The notes below the pieces were generated by a model. That model saw only the letters and a program-made list of their open reading frames with translations. It searched no databases and was not told the origin of the DNA. From an uncultured Gemmatimonadales bacterium (GTDB lineage Bacteria > ARS69): a stretch of DNA of 64,000 nt. This document shows, one piece after another, positions 11,362-24,034 of this stretch. Within the stretch, counting starts at the first letter, position 1. Every line of letters starts with the position of its first letter. The DNA lies in assembly GCA_963725045.1 (NCBI GenBank), contig CAVRWY010000018.1:93580-157579 (forward strand), read 5' to 3'. Position numbers and translations under genes: made by a program.

Positions 11362-13180
11362 TCGGGCTTCGGCAAGGTCGTCCGCCGCGCGGCCCGGATT
11401 CTCGTTCTTCCTCCACGCACACATTCCCTGGGTGATTCGCCACGGGCGCTGGCCGCACGGCGTGGAATGGCTCTTCGAGGCGGCGTTCGCGACGTACCTG
11501 CCGCTCGTGGTGATGGCGCGGCGCTTGCGCGATCGCGGCATCGGCGGCGGCCTCACCATTTCGATCAGCCCGATTCTCGCCGAGCAGCTCGCCCATCCTC
11601 TGTTTCGAGAGGGACTGCGCGAGTGGCTCGACGCGTGCACGACGACCGCGGCCCAGGAAAGCGAGCGCTTCGAACGGGAGGGAAATGCGGCGATCGCGCA
11701 GCTTGCCCGGCGCTGGGAAGCGAAGTATCGGGATGCGTCGCGGCTCTTCTTCGACGAGCTGCAGGGCGACTTGCTCGGAGCGTTCGCCGATCTCGCCCGC
11801 TCGGGCACGATCGAGCTGGCCACGTGCGGGGCGACGCACGGCTATTTCCCGCTGCTCGGCCGCGATGAGACGATCGCGCTGCAAGTGGTTCTCGCGCGGC
11901 GCACGCACACGATGCATTTCGGCGCGGAGCCCGCGGGAATGTGGCTCCCCGAAGCGGCCTATCGTCCTTCGGGGTGGTGGCGCTCTCCCGCCGACGGATC
12001 GCGCACGATGCGCGCCGGGGTGGAGGAATTCCTCGAGCGCGAGGGAATCCGCTACGTGATCCTCGACTCCGCGCTCTTGACCGGCGGGCGCACGATCGGT
12101 GCGTATCTCGACCGCGGCGCGCGTGTCGCCGCGCCGCGGGACGCGCCGGGCGGCAGCGCACGCGATTCCGGCGCGCCCCCGCCTGCGCTCGACACGCGCG
12201 CCGCGTTCTGGATGGCGCGCGCCGGAGACGCCGTCCCCCATGTCGCCGCGTTCGTGCGCGATCCCGACACCGCGCAGCAAGTTTGGAGCCGCGAGCTCGG
12301 ATACCCGGGGGACCCCGCGTATCTCGAGTTTCACAAGAAGTCCGACGGCGGCGGACATCGCTACTGGCGCATCACCGGAACCAAGGTCGATCTCCAAGAC
12401 AAGGCGCTTCACGATCCGGACGCGGCGTCGCAGCGCGTGCGGGTCCACGCCGAGCATTTCGCATCGTTGGTGCGCACCACGCTGGCCGGGGCCGGCGCGA
12501 GCGGAATCCTGGCCGCACCGTTCGACGCCGAGCTCTTCGGCCATTGGTGGGCCGAGGGCGTGGAGTGGCTGGAGGAAGTGCTCGTTCGACTCCATGGCGA
12601 GCCTTCGGTTCGCGCCACGTCGCTCGCGGAGCATCTCGATCGGTTTCCGCCGCAGAGGATCGTGCGCTTCCCGGAGGGATCGTGGGGTGCGGGCGGACGC
12701 CACGACGTGTGGGCCAGCCCGCAATTGGAATGGGCCTGGCGCTCCATCCATCGTGCCGAAGACGAAGTCTGGTCCTTGGTCGAACGCGCCCGACGCTCGC
12801 CTCACGCCAGTGCTCGACGCGTGGCGCGCGCGGCGCTGCGCCAGCTCCTCCTCTTGGTCGCGTCCGATTGGCCGTTCCTGATCTCGACCGGCGGTGCGCC
12901 GGATTACGCGACCCAACGCCTCGAAGAGCACGCCGATGCCGTGTTTCGCCTCACCGATCTCGGGCGGCGAGCCCTTCGCGGCGCGGTGCTCGAAGAACGG
13001 GAAGCTGCGTACCTGGATTCCGTGGAAGCTCGAGACGATCCGTTCCCGCACCTCGGGGATGCGGTCAGTCTCGGCGAACCGCCTCGAGCGTTCGCCGCGC
13101 AGGATTCACTTGAAGAGAGATCTTTCCGTCGAGAAGAACGCGAAGATCGTTTCCCACGAGCTCGCCGCGCCATCCCTTGA
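11354..13180 (+). CDS. GH57 1,4-alpha-glucan branching enzyme (DUF1957-type)
   Basis: [29 protein letters not shown] (nucleophile), [11 protein letters not shown] (acid/base), ASDWPF. The 3' end overlaps the convergent rnd by about 115 bp. Confidence 0.9.
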   Translation: MTDRASARSSAARPGFSFFLHAHIPWVIRHGRWPHGVEWLFEAAFATYLPLVVMARRLRDRGIGGGLTISISPILAEQLAHPLFREGLREWLDACTTTAAQESERFEREGNAAIAQLARRWEAKYRDASRLFFDELQGDLLGAFADLARSGTIELATCGATHGYFPLLGRDETIALQVVLARRTHTMHFGAEPAGMWLPEAAYRPSGWWRSPADGSRTMRAGVEEFLEREGIRYVILDSALLTGGRTIGAYLDRGARVAAPRDAPGGSARDSGAPPPALDTRAAFWMARAGDAVPHVAAFVRDPDTAQQVWSRELGYPGDPAYLEFHKKSDGGGHRYWRITGTKVDLQDKALHDPDAASQRVRVHAEHFASLVRTTLAGAGASGILAAPFDAELFGHWWAEGVEWLEEVLVRLHGEPSVRATSLAEHLDRFPPQRIVRFPEGSWGAGGRHDVWASPQLEWAWRSIHRAEDEVWSLVERARRSPHASARRVARAALRQLLLLVASDWPFLISTGGAPDYATQRLEEHADAVFRLTDLGRRALRGAVLEEREAAYLDSVEARDDPFPHLGDAVSLGEPPRAFAAQDSLEERSFRREEREDRFPRARRAIP

Positions 13181-14250
13181 GGATCGACGGAGGACCGTTC
13201 GGCGACTCCCCGTCTTCCCCGAAGTGGATTCCCGCAACCCGATCGAGGTCCAGACGCGTCGCCAGAACGTTGCGTCCGATCCCCTCTTCGCGGGCGCGCA
13301 TCTGCACGAACACATCCATGAGATCGACGAGCCGCGCGCGCAGCGGATCTTCGGAAGGCTGCGCGGGACCCTCCGGCCACTCCTCGCGCGGGAGAGAAAG
13401 CGCGGCCCCGACGCGCCGGAGGATTTCCTCGCCGTGCTGCTCCACCGTGCGGGGGTGCAGGTTGCGGATCGCGGAGAGCCCCGTGATCTTTCTCGGGGCG
13501 CGCTTGGCGATCTCGATCAGCATCTCGTCGGTCACCACGCGGCTGCGCGGCACGTCGCGCTGGGACGCGGTCTCTTCGCGCCACGCCGCGATTTCGCGCA
13601 GCACGACGAGCGTGTCGGCCTCCAGCGATCGCCGCTTCGCGAGGCGCTTCCAGGCATCCTTGGGATCGCGCCGATAGGCATCTTCGTCTTCGAACGCGAG
13701 AAGATCCTCGAGCACCCAGGCGAGACGCCGGCGCTCCTCGAGCTTGTGGCGCAGACGATCGGCCACGGTAAGCAGCTCGCGCACGTCGCCCAGCGCGTAT
13801 TCCACCTGCGCCTCGGTGAGGGGACGCCGCGACCAATCGGTCATCGTCTCCTTTTTCGAATGGCGCACCCCGAGCTCTCGGGCGAGGAGGCTCGCGTAGC
13901 TGATGCTGTCGCCGTGGCCCGCGAATGCCGCTGCCACTTGCGTGTCGAAGATCGAACGCGGGACGCGTCCCGAGAGATCGTAGGAGATCTGGAAGTCCTG
14001 CTCGCCGGAATGAACGACGACCTCGATCGAGGGATCGGAGACGAGATCCCACAAGCGGACCGAGATCGGGAATCGCCAGCGGATCGATCGCCGCGACGAG
14101 CCCCGGCACCGCCACTTGCACGAGACAGAGACGGGGCCAGTACGTTCGATCCTGGATGAACTCGGTGTCCCAGGCGAAGCGCCCCGCATTCCGCAGCTCG
14201 GCGCAAATCTCGATGAATCGGGAACGATCTTGAACGACCAAGAAGGACAC
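13065..14250 (-). CDS. rnd: Ribonuclease D with HRDC domain (frameshift near 14055)
   Basis: N-terminus [22 protein letters not shown] in one frame; [38 protein letters not shown] and HRDC region in another. Confidence 0.9.
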
Positions 14251-14367
14251 ACCATGAAGGGGGTGGCGAGAGAATGAGCGAACTATGTTAGCCCGAGTGT
14301 CGCAATCGGAGGAGGGGCGAAACGAACCGCCTCGGAAACGCGGAGGTGGCGATGCCCGGGGGCTCGG

Positions 14368-14404
14368 GACAAAAGGAACGGGGCCTCCCTCGCGGAAGGC
14401 CCCG
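14368..14404 (-). terminator. Putative intrinsic terminator
   Basis: CGGGGCCUUCC-GCGA-GGGAGGCCCCG followed by UUCCUUUUGU on the minus strand. Confidence 0.55.
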
Positions 14405-14550
14405 GAACTCGTCGCGTGCTCTCGCGCCCCTCTCGACGACGGCTCCCCCCCGGAAGCTCCTCTCACGTCGGCGAAGGACTTCGAGCCCTTCGTCAAGTTC
14501 ACCGGGGCCTCGGGAAAGACTGCGTTGCGGCACTACGGCCCCGGCTGATC
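14368..14550 (-). ncRNA. Candidate structured RNA (~185 nt): sRNA or attenuator-like leader upstream of rnd
   Basis: TATATG box at 14555-14560; four complementary GC segments (14537-44, 14502-09, 14396-405, 14379-88); internal hairpin CGAAGGGC/GUCCUUCG; ends in a GCGA-tetraloop stem plus U-rich tail. No Rfam family recognised by eye. Confidence 0.45.
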
Positions 14551-14759
14551 CATCCATATAGAAAGATCCGTGCCGCGCGCGGGGAGGGCCGATCGGTCCC
14601 CGGGCACCGCAGCGGGAGAGCGCGCCGAAGCCCTCCGCGAGCAATCACTTCGCGAGATCGATTCACGAGATGGTCGACGCGGCCGAGCGGGCGCGAGGCG
14701 GACCGCAGGGTACGCTGGGGGCCCCGAGCCGAAGCAAGTCGTGTCGCCGCGTGGACCTA

Positions 14760-15734
14760 TCACCCCTCTGTCGGCCGCGCGAGAGGCGCGAACGCCGGGT
14801 CGACCCTGGCGAGTCGCGCGCGGAGGCCGCGAAGACCGGCGACCCCCGCGAGGCCGTGCGCTCCGGCGACTTCGGAGCCCACATGGGATCCCAGTCGCGC
14901 GGCATCGAAGCCGTTCAGACCGAGTGCTCGACCCGCGACACACGCCGCGTCGTACGCGTCGCCGCATCCCGTGGAATCGATGGGACCAGGGCGCGGCACG
15001 GGCGCAATGCGCTCGACGACGAGATCTCTCGAGCCCCGCGTGAATCGGAGCGACCCGTGCTCTCCGTTGGTGACGAGAACCTCTTCGGTCCCCTCTCCCA
15101 AGATGCGCTCCGCGGCGCCGGCGGAGTCTTCCGCCACGGCGGCGAAGGACGAGATCTCGGTCGCGTTACCGCGAACCGTGTGAAAGAGGCGCGCCCACCG
15201 CGGCCAATCCGGAACGAGACGCGGCACCCGTGGGGACTCGAGCGTGCGGGCCAGAGCTTGCACGTCGAGAAACCAGCGTCCCACGGATCGGGTGCGGATC
15301 GACTCCAACGTCTCCAAGCGCGCGTCTTGCCCCGAGATCATGTTCACGAGCACCGCCGCGGCTTGCGGAACCTCGCGAAGATCGGACTCATCCAACGGCG
15401 GCACGCGAAGCTCCACTTCTTCGGCGCGGGTTCCCAGGGTCCCGTACTCCAGGTGGGAGACGTTCGTCCCGCGCGGGTCGGCGATGAGCCCGCGCAGATC
15501 CACGGCGCTTCGTCCGGCGAAGAGCGCTTCGACCTCGCCCCGATGCGCCGCGGACAAGCGCGCGAACAGCGCGACCTCGAGGTCACTTCCTTCCAGGAGC
15601 TCCGCGAGGATCAAGCCGTTGTAGAGAATCCCTCCCAGGCTCTCGAACGTTTCGCCCGATTCGGCCACGATCCGATCGAAATTGACGGTGCCGACGACCG
15701 CGACCTTGCGCGACGCTTCTACGCTGCGATTCAC
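14760..15734 (-). CDS. PfkB family carbohydrate kinase
   Basis: VAVVGTVNFD...SLGG N-terminus, VLVTNGEHGS and C-terminal DSTGCGDAY signature; GTG start coupled to the lpxL stop. Confidence 0.88.
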   Translation of the reverse strand: MNRSVEASRKVAVVGTVNFDRIVAESGETFESLGGILYNGLILAELLEGSDLEVALFARLSAAHRGEVEALFAGRSAVDLRGLIADPRGTNVSHLEYGTLGTRAEEVELRVPPLDESDLREVPQAAAVLVNMISGQDARLETLESIRTRSVGRWFLDVQALARTLESPRVPRLVPDWPRWARLFHTVRGNATEISSFAAVAEDSAGAAERILGEGTEEVLVTNGEHGSLRFTRGSRDLVVERIAPVPRPGPIDSTGCGDAYDAACVAGRALGLNGFDAARLGSHVGSEVAGAHGLAGVAGLRGLRARLARVDPAFAPLARPTEG

Positions 15735-16668
15735 GCGGCGTTCCCCCGTTCCGGAACGCCGGCCATAGGGCGCGTCTTCCACCGGCGATGCGCCCAGAAG
15801 TACTGCTCCGGATGGGCGCGCACCTGTTCCTCCAGGAATCGAGAGAAGAGCTCCGCCCCTTCGCGAAGATTCTCTTCCTCGGAAATTCCTTCGCGTGCGT
15901 TCCAGCTCGGTCCTTCGATCACGCGGGCCTGCGCTCCTTGGTCCAGGATCGCGATCGGGAACAGCGCCATCCCCTCACGCATGGCCAGCGCCAGCATGCC
16001 GGTGTGCGTCGACGCAGGAAGCCCGAGAAAGGGGACGAAGATTCCCTTGCGGCGGGCATCCTGGTCCATGAGCGTGCACAGCATTCCGCGCTCGCGCAGA
16101 AAGCGAATCGAGGCGCGGACTCCCGTCTTCGAAGAGAACGTGCGCACGCCGTTCTTCGCGCGCGTCGCCACGATCGCGTCTCCAACGCGGGTGTTGGATT
16201 GGTCTCCCGCAATCACTCCGACGTTCTCGCGCAGCCGGCTTGCCGCGATCGTGAACAGCTCCCAATTGCCGAAGTGCCCGGAGACCAAAATACATCCCGA
16301 GCCGGTCGACGCGTGCTCGACGACTCGGGTCACACCCTCTCGATCGATCGCCGACCAGATCATGTCGCCGCGAATGCGATCCGAACGCAGCATGTCCGCG
16401 TAGGTTCGCCCGAAGACTTCGTAGCTGGCCCTGGCGATGCGCTCAGCCTCACGCTTCCCGCCGGAGGGACCGAGGCGGAGCATCACGTTTTCGACCGCGA
16501 CGCGACGGCGAACGCGAAACGCATCGAACGCGGCGCGGCCGAGGAACGCGCCGACCGCGCGCGCCCCGTCGCGGGAAAGCGCGCGAAGAATTCCCGTGAA
16601 CCCGGCGAACGCGATCCATTCGAAGAAGTGCGACGCACGCCGGCGGGCGGGTGCGGGGACGGGCGAGC

Positions 16669-16672
<4 letters not shown>
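15731..16672 (-). CDS. lpxL: Lipid A late acyltransferase (LpxL/HtrB family)
   Basis: SGHFGNWE (HX4D/E), LMDQD, FLG...STHTG, PEQYFWAHRRWKTRP; GTG start overlaps the dprA stop. Confidence 0.88.
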
Positions 16673-19347
<2,675 letters not shown>

Positions 19348-19377
19348 TGCGACGCGGTTCGCCTAGACTCACATCCC

Positions 19378-20055
19378 GTGCCCTCTCGCTTCCTCTACGA
19401 CGCCGTGCTCTTCGACATCGACGGCACGCTGCTCGCCACCGACGCGTTCTGGCTCGAGGTCGGGCGGCGCGGCGTCGGCGATGTTTATGCACGCCATGGC
19501 ATCGAACGCGCGCTTCCGGCCGACCGTCTCTTTCTCGAAGCGATCGGCAAGCCCATGACCGAGTTTTGGGAGCACGTGCTCCCCAAAGAGCTCCACCATT
19601 TGGGCGACGAGGTGGAAGCGGCATGCGAGGCGATGGAAGAGGCGGCGTTTCGTGCCGGGAAGGGCGCCTTCTATCCGGGGGCGCGCCAGCTCATGGACGA
19701 CTTGCGTGCCGGCGGCGTGCGGCTCGCGTTGGCCTCGAATTGCAGCCGGCGCTACCTGGAATCGTTTCTGGCGGCGTTCGAGCTCGACGGCCTCATCGAT
19801 CAAGCCCTCTGCGCGGAAAGTCCCGGAATCCGTTCGAAGGGGGACATGATTCGCGAGATTCTCGGAAACTTCGGGACGCGAAACGCCGTCATGATCGGCG
19901 ACCGCGAGAGCGACCGAGAGGCCGCAGCCCAGAATCGCATTCCGTTCATCTTGTTCACGGGCGGATTCGGCGGAACGCTGCCGCTCTCGGGAGAACGTGC
20001 CGCGGGCGACTATCGCGAAGTCCGTCGCGCGCTCGAGGTGCCCGCAGCTCCCTGA
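19378..20055 (+). CDS. HAD-superfamily hydrolase (phosphoglycolate phosphatase-like)
   Basis: VLFDIDGTL (motif I), LASNC (motif II), SKGD...MIGDRESD (motifs III/IV). Confidence 0.88.
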   Translation: MPSRFLYDAVLFDIDGTLLATDAFWLEVGRRGVGDVYARHGIERALPADRLFLEAIGKPMTEFWEHVLPKELHHLGDEVEAACEAMEEAAFRAGKGAFYPGARQLMDDLRAGGVRLALASNCSRRYLESFLAAFELDGLIDQALCAESPGIRSKGDMIREILGNFGTRNAVMIGDRESDREAAAQNRIPFILFTGGFGGTLPLSGERAAGDYREVRRALEVPAAP

Positions 20056-20075
20056 AACGCAGGAGGAATTGGACC

Positions 20076-21413
20076 ATGTTTCGAGCGACCGCCTTTGCCT
20101 TCGCCGCGGGGATCCTGGCCGCCTGCACCGGGGTTGCGCCATCGTGGGCCGTTCCCATCGATGCCGAAGCCCGCCGTGCGGTCGTCGACGAGCTCGCCAG
20201 AACGCTCTCCACCGTGTACGTGTTTCCCGACGTGGGAGCGAAGTACGCCGAAACGATTCAAGCCGCAAGCGCGCGCGGCGACTACGATGCGCTTGGCGAC
20301 GACACCGCCTTCGCCGACCGCCTCACGCAAGATCTCCATGCGGTGCAGCTCGACAAGCATCTGCGGGTGATCACCTCGCGCGATCCGCGTGCCGAGCGGT
20401 TCCGCCGTCCCGCACCGGCGGCCGGTGAAGCCGATCCGCGTGCGGCTTTCCTGGAGCGCGAACGCTCCGGCAACTACGGCTTCGCCAAGGTCGAGATCCT
20501 GCCCGGAAACGTCGGCGTCATCGACCTGCGTTCCTTCGTGCCGGCGGAGATCGCGGGAGAGACCGCCGCGGCCGCGATGGGTCTGGTCGCGAATGCGGAA
20601 GCAATCGTGTTCGATCTGCGCAAGAACGGCGGCGGAAGCCCGTCGATGATTCAGCTGCTCACGTCGTATCTCTACGATGCTTCCGATCCACGTCACTTGA
20701 ACAGCTTCTACGTGCGTGAGGGAGACGAAACTCTCCAATTCCACACGCTTCCCTACGTGCCTGGACAGCGTCTCCCGGAGATCGACGTGTTCGTGCTCAC
20801 CAGCGGCAACACGTTCTCGGCCGCAGAGGAGTTCACGTACAACTTGAAGAACATGCAACGCGCGACGATCGTCGGGGAAAAGACCGGCGGCGGAGCGCAT
20901 CCGGTGCGTCCCGCGGAGCTGGGCGCCGGACTCCTGGTGACCGTTCCTTTCGGACGCGCGATCAATCCGATCACGGGAACGAACTGGGAAGGCACGGGGA
21001 TCGAGCCCGACATCGCCTGTGCCGCGGATGCGGCGCTCGACGCCGCCTACGCCGAGGCGCTGAAGCGCGCCGCGGAACGCGCTCCCAATGAGGCGCGCAA
21101 GCAGGAACTGCTCTGGACGATGGAAGAAGCGAAAGCGCGCACGCAGAATGTCGCCCCCGCATCGAAGGAGCTCCGCGCTCTCGCCGGCGACTACGGAATC
21201 CGCACGATCTCGCTGGAAGGATCGCGCTTGTTCATGACGCGCGAGAACGGACCGAAGCACGCGCTCGTTCCTCTTGGCGGAGACGTATTCGCGATCGACG
21301 GAGGACCGGTGCCCACGCGGGTCACGTTCCATCGCGGAAAGAGCGGGCGCGCCGACGAGATGGTGCTCTCCACGCCTACCGGCGAGATCGGGCGCTCGGC
21401 GCGGACTTCCTGA
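20076..21413 (+). CDS. S41 family peptidase, secreted
   Basis: Signal peptide after AGGAGG; DKHLRV, DLRKNGGGS, LTSGNTFSAAEEF, VGEKTGGGAHP, WEGTGIEPD. Confidence 0.9.
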   Translation: MFRATAFAFAAGILAACTGVAPSWAVPIDAEARRAVVDELARTLSTVYVFPDVGAKYAETIQAASARGDYDALGDDTAFADRLTQDLHAVQLDKHLRVITSRDPRAERFRRPAPAAGEADPRAAFLERERSGNYGFAKVEILPGNVGVIDLRSFVPAEIAGETAAAAMGLVANAEAIVFDLRKNGGGSPSMIQLLTSYLYDASDPRHLNSFYVREGDETLQFHTLPYVPGQRLPEIDVFVLTSGNTFSAAEEFTYNLKNMQRATIVGEKTGGGAHPVRPAELGAGLLVTVPFGRAINPITGTNWEGTGIEPDIACAADAALDAAYAEALKRAAERAPNEARKQELLWTMEEAKARTQNVAPASKELRALAGDYGIRTISLEGSRLFMTRENGPKHALVPLGGDVFAIDGGPVPTRVTFHRGKSGRADEMVLSTPTGEIGRSARTS

Positions 21414-21415
21414 AG

Positions 21416-21870
21416 TGCCTCGGATTCCCAGTATCTCTCGTCTCGCATACGTTCCTCGGCGCGCCGGCGGCTCGCCCCGAAACACCGGGAATCTGACCGA
21501 GCTTGGATTTCCCAGTATCTCTCGTCTCAGATACGTTCCTCGGCGCGCCGGCGGCTCGCCTCTGCCCAGATTCCCGGAGCCTTTCGGCTCGCGCTTTTGG
21601 CTTCGTGAGAGCAGGAGATCTGCGTCGGTGATACGCAGGCTCGCCGAAAGGTACCGGGACTCTGGGCGGCGACCGCCGGTGCGCCTCCGGTACGCCACTT
21701 CACCTCGAGACACTGGGAAATCTGACGGAACTCAGATTCCCGGTGTCTCTCGTCTCGCTATCTGCGTCGGTGATACGCAGGCTCGCCGAAAGGTACCGGG
21801 ACTCTGGGCGGCGACCGCCGGTGCGCCGAAGGTCAGCCAGCTCGCCTCGAGACACTGGGAACCCGAGGCA
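21416..21870. repeat. Array of three related palindromic repeat units (REP/MITE-like)
   Basis: Units at 21425-21491, 21509-21719 and 21737-21861, each bounded by TTCCC(A/G)GT(A/G)TCTC-like inverted ends; whole array flanked by TGCCTCGG(A/G)TTCCCAGT inverted repeats; lies between convergent genes. Confidence 0.85.
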
Positions 21871-21905
21871 GCGGCTTGCGCACACTCGCGGCACAGGGCC
21901 CCGCC

Positions 21906-22262
21906 CTACTTCTTCTTCCCCTTCTTCTCCGACGCGGGCGGCTTCGGAGATTCCTTCTTCGGCTCGCTCTTGGGGGCTGCGGAATCGCCGGTGCTCGATG
22001 ACTTCTCGGAAGACGCTGGGGCGGCGCTCCCGGAATCGCTCTTCGATGCACTGTCGCTCTTCGAGTCTGCCTTGTACGAAGACGAGCGATAGTCCGTGTT
22101 GTGGAAGCCGCTTCCCTTGAGCAGGATTCCCGAACCCGTGCCGATCAGACGATCGAGCCGCCCTCCGCACTTCGGACACTTGCGCAGCGGCTTGTCGTTC
22201 ATCGACTGGAACTCTTCGTGGAACTCGCCGCAGGAGCGGCATTCGTAGCGATACGTCGGCAT
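21906..22262 (-). CDS. FmdB family zinc-ribbon regulatory protein
   Basis: MPTYRYECRSCG...CPKCGG...GILLKGSGFHNTDY with a low-complexity S/K tail. Confidence 0.9.
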   Translation of the reverse strand: MPTYRYECRSCGEFHEEFQSMNDKPLRKCPKCGGRLDRLIGTGSGILLKGSGFHNTDYRSSSYKADSKSDSASKSDSGSAAPASSEKSSSTGDSAAPKSEPKKESPKPPASEKKGKKK

Positions 22263-22280
22263 GGAGCTGGGCTGTTCCTC

Positions 22281-22760
22281 TCAGACGGAGAATCGCGAAC
22301 GGAGCGCGCGGGCCACTTCGGGCGGAACGAACTCGTCGACCTCACCCCCGTGACGCGCGATCTCCTTCACCAGCGTGGAGTTCACGAAGGAATACCGCTC
22401 GTTGGGACAAAGGAACACCGTCTCCAGATCGGGCGCCAGCTTGCGGTTCATCCAGGCGAGCTGGAACTCGTAGTCGAAGTCGGACACGGCGCGCAAGCCG
22501 CGGATGATCGCGCGCGCGCCCTGCTCCCGCGCGAAGGCCACGGTGAGTCCCGAGAACGTCGTCACCGCGATGCCGCTCAAGTGCGACGTCGCCCGTTCGA
22601 AGAGCTGCACGCGCTCGTCGACCGGAAAGAACGGCGCCTTCCCCGGATTGTCGGCTACCGCCACGACAACCCGATCGAACAGCACTCGACTCCGTTCGAC
22701 GAGGTCCACGTGTCCGCGCGTCACCGGATCGAACGTGCCGGGATAAATCGCGATCTTCAC
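22281..22760 (-). CDS. coaD: Phosphopantetheine adenylyltransferase
   Basis: [38 protein letters not shown]. Confidence 0.97.
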   Translation of the reverse strand: MKIAIYPGTFDPVTRGHVDLVERSRVLFDRVVVAVADNPGKAPFFPVDERVQLFERATSHLSGIAVTTFSGLTVAFAREQGARAIIRGLRAVSDFDYEFQLAWMNRKLAPDLETVFLCPNERYSFVNSTLVKEIARHGGEVDEFVPPEVARALRSRFSV

Positions 22761-23299
22761 GTCCCCCCCTTTCGATACAGCGTGATCCTCGTGTCGCCGT
22801 AGCGGCGCGACTTCCACACTTCGGTTCCCGCCGGCGGCGGAATCGGAATGTCCCGTGCGTCTTCCTCGAGCGAAGCGATCCCTTCGGGAGCGAGCATCGC
22901 GGTCGCGAGCGGCAGCGCCTTCCCGGCCAGATCGCTGCGATACGGCGGATCGAGGAACGCGAGATCGAACGGGCCTTCCAGACGGGCCGCAGCCCCGAGC
23001 GCATCCGCGGCGATCACTTCGACGCGCGCTTCGAGGCCGAGCGTCTCGAGGTTCTTGCGCAGCGCGCGCAGTGCCGGCTCCTCGAGCTCGACGACGACGG
23101 CGCTCGCCGCGCCTCGGCTCAACGCCTCGATGGCCAGCGCGCCCGTTCCCGCGAAGAGATCGAGCACGCGCGCACCTTCGGGCACTCCTCCCAGAAGGTC
23201 GAAGAGCGAGGTGCGCACGCGATCCGCGGTCGGCCGGGTCGCCAGCCCCAAAGGCGCTTCCAAGCGGCGCCCGCGCAGCGATCCCGCGATCACGCGCAA
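22757..23299 (-). CDS. rsmD: 16S rRNA m2G966 methyltransferase
   Basis: [45 protein letters not shown]; rsmD-coaD synteny. Confidence 0.95.
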   Translation of the reverse strand: MRVIAGSLRGRRLEAPLGLATRPTADRVRTSLFDLLGGVPEGARVLDLFAGTGALAIEALSRGAASAVVVELEEPALRALRKNLETLGLEARVEVIAADALGAAARLEGPFDLAFLDPPYRSDLAGKALPLATAMLAPEGIASLEEDARDIPIPPPAGTEVWKSRRYGDTRITLYRKGGT

Positions 23300-23314
23300 C
23301 CGGCGTCCAGCATC

Positions 23315-23893
23315 TCAGTCGTCATCCGCGGACTCCGAGCCGAAGTAGTCGCGAAAGTCGCCGCGGCTTCGAAGGATGTCGAGAATGTGGCGGGCCGCTT
23401 CGCGCGGATGGGCGAATCCCCCCGGCACCGCGATTCCGTGGCGCCGGTAGAGCGGCTCGCGCTCGGACATGAGCTTGTCGATGCGGGACTCCAGATCGGG
23501 CCCGGTGAGCAAGGGACGCTTCGTCGCCCAGGGACGGCGCGCCCGCTCCACCACGTCGGACTGATTCACGTGGAGCCAGAAGATAGGACCCTGCATTCCC
23601 AGGATCTGCATGGACTTCTCGCTGAGCACGAGCCCCCCTCCGGTGGAAAGCACCAGGTCCCGTTCGGGGGGGAGCTGCTCGACGGCTTTGAGCTCGAGCT
23701 GGCGAAATTCTTCTTCCCCGTGCGCATCGAAGAGCTCGGCGACCTCCATGCCCGATTGTTCCACGATCATCTGATCCGTGTCGTAATGCTCCCAGCCGAG
23801 CTGGCGCGCGAGCGCACGGCCCGTCGCCGATTTTCCCGAGCACATGAAGCCAATGAGCGAGATCCAGGGCACGTCGTCCTCCGGCGCGAGCAT
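23315..23893 (-). CDS. aroK: Shikimate kinase
   Basis: [31 protein letters not shown]; conserved position after pilQ. Confidence 0.92.
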   Translation of the reverse strand: MLAPEDDVPWISLIGFMCSGKSATGRALARQLGWEHYDTDQMIVEQSGMEVAELFDAHGEEEFRQLELKAVEQLPPERDLVLSTGGGLVLSEKSMQILGMQGPIFWLHVNQSDVVERARRPWATKRPLLTGPDLESRIDKLMSEREPLYRRHGIAVPGGFAHPREAARHILDILRSRGDFRDYFGSESADDD

Positions 23894-23968
23894 AACCGGG
23901 AACCGCGGTTCGCGAAAGGAGCCAGGACGCTCGTGACGCGTGGCGAGCGCCCAGGTCGCACCGCCCGC

Positions 23969-24008
23969 AAAAACGAAGCGCGCCGAGAACTCGTGGTCCC
24001 CGGCGCGC
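23969..24008 (-). terminator. Intrinsic terminator after pilQ
   Basis: GCGCGCCG...CGGCGCGC stem followed by UUCGUUUUU on the minus strand. Confidence 0.65.
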
Positions 24009-24034
24009 CCTTGTGTCGAATTCCGAATGCCCGA

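Noticed and set aside
14340-14640. tRNA, SRP RNA, tmRNA, RNase P or a known riboswitch
   Set aside because: No cloverleaf or CCA end, no SRP CAGG-GNRA-AGCAG helix, no GAGGAAAGUCC. The plus-strand GGGACAAAAG match to guanidine-I is just the reverse of the terminator tail.
21416-21870. CRISPR array
   Set aside because: Units are 67-211 bp, unequal and internally palindromic; there are no unique spacers of constant length and no cas genes in the window.
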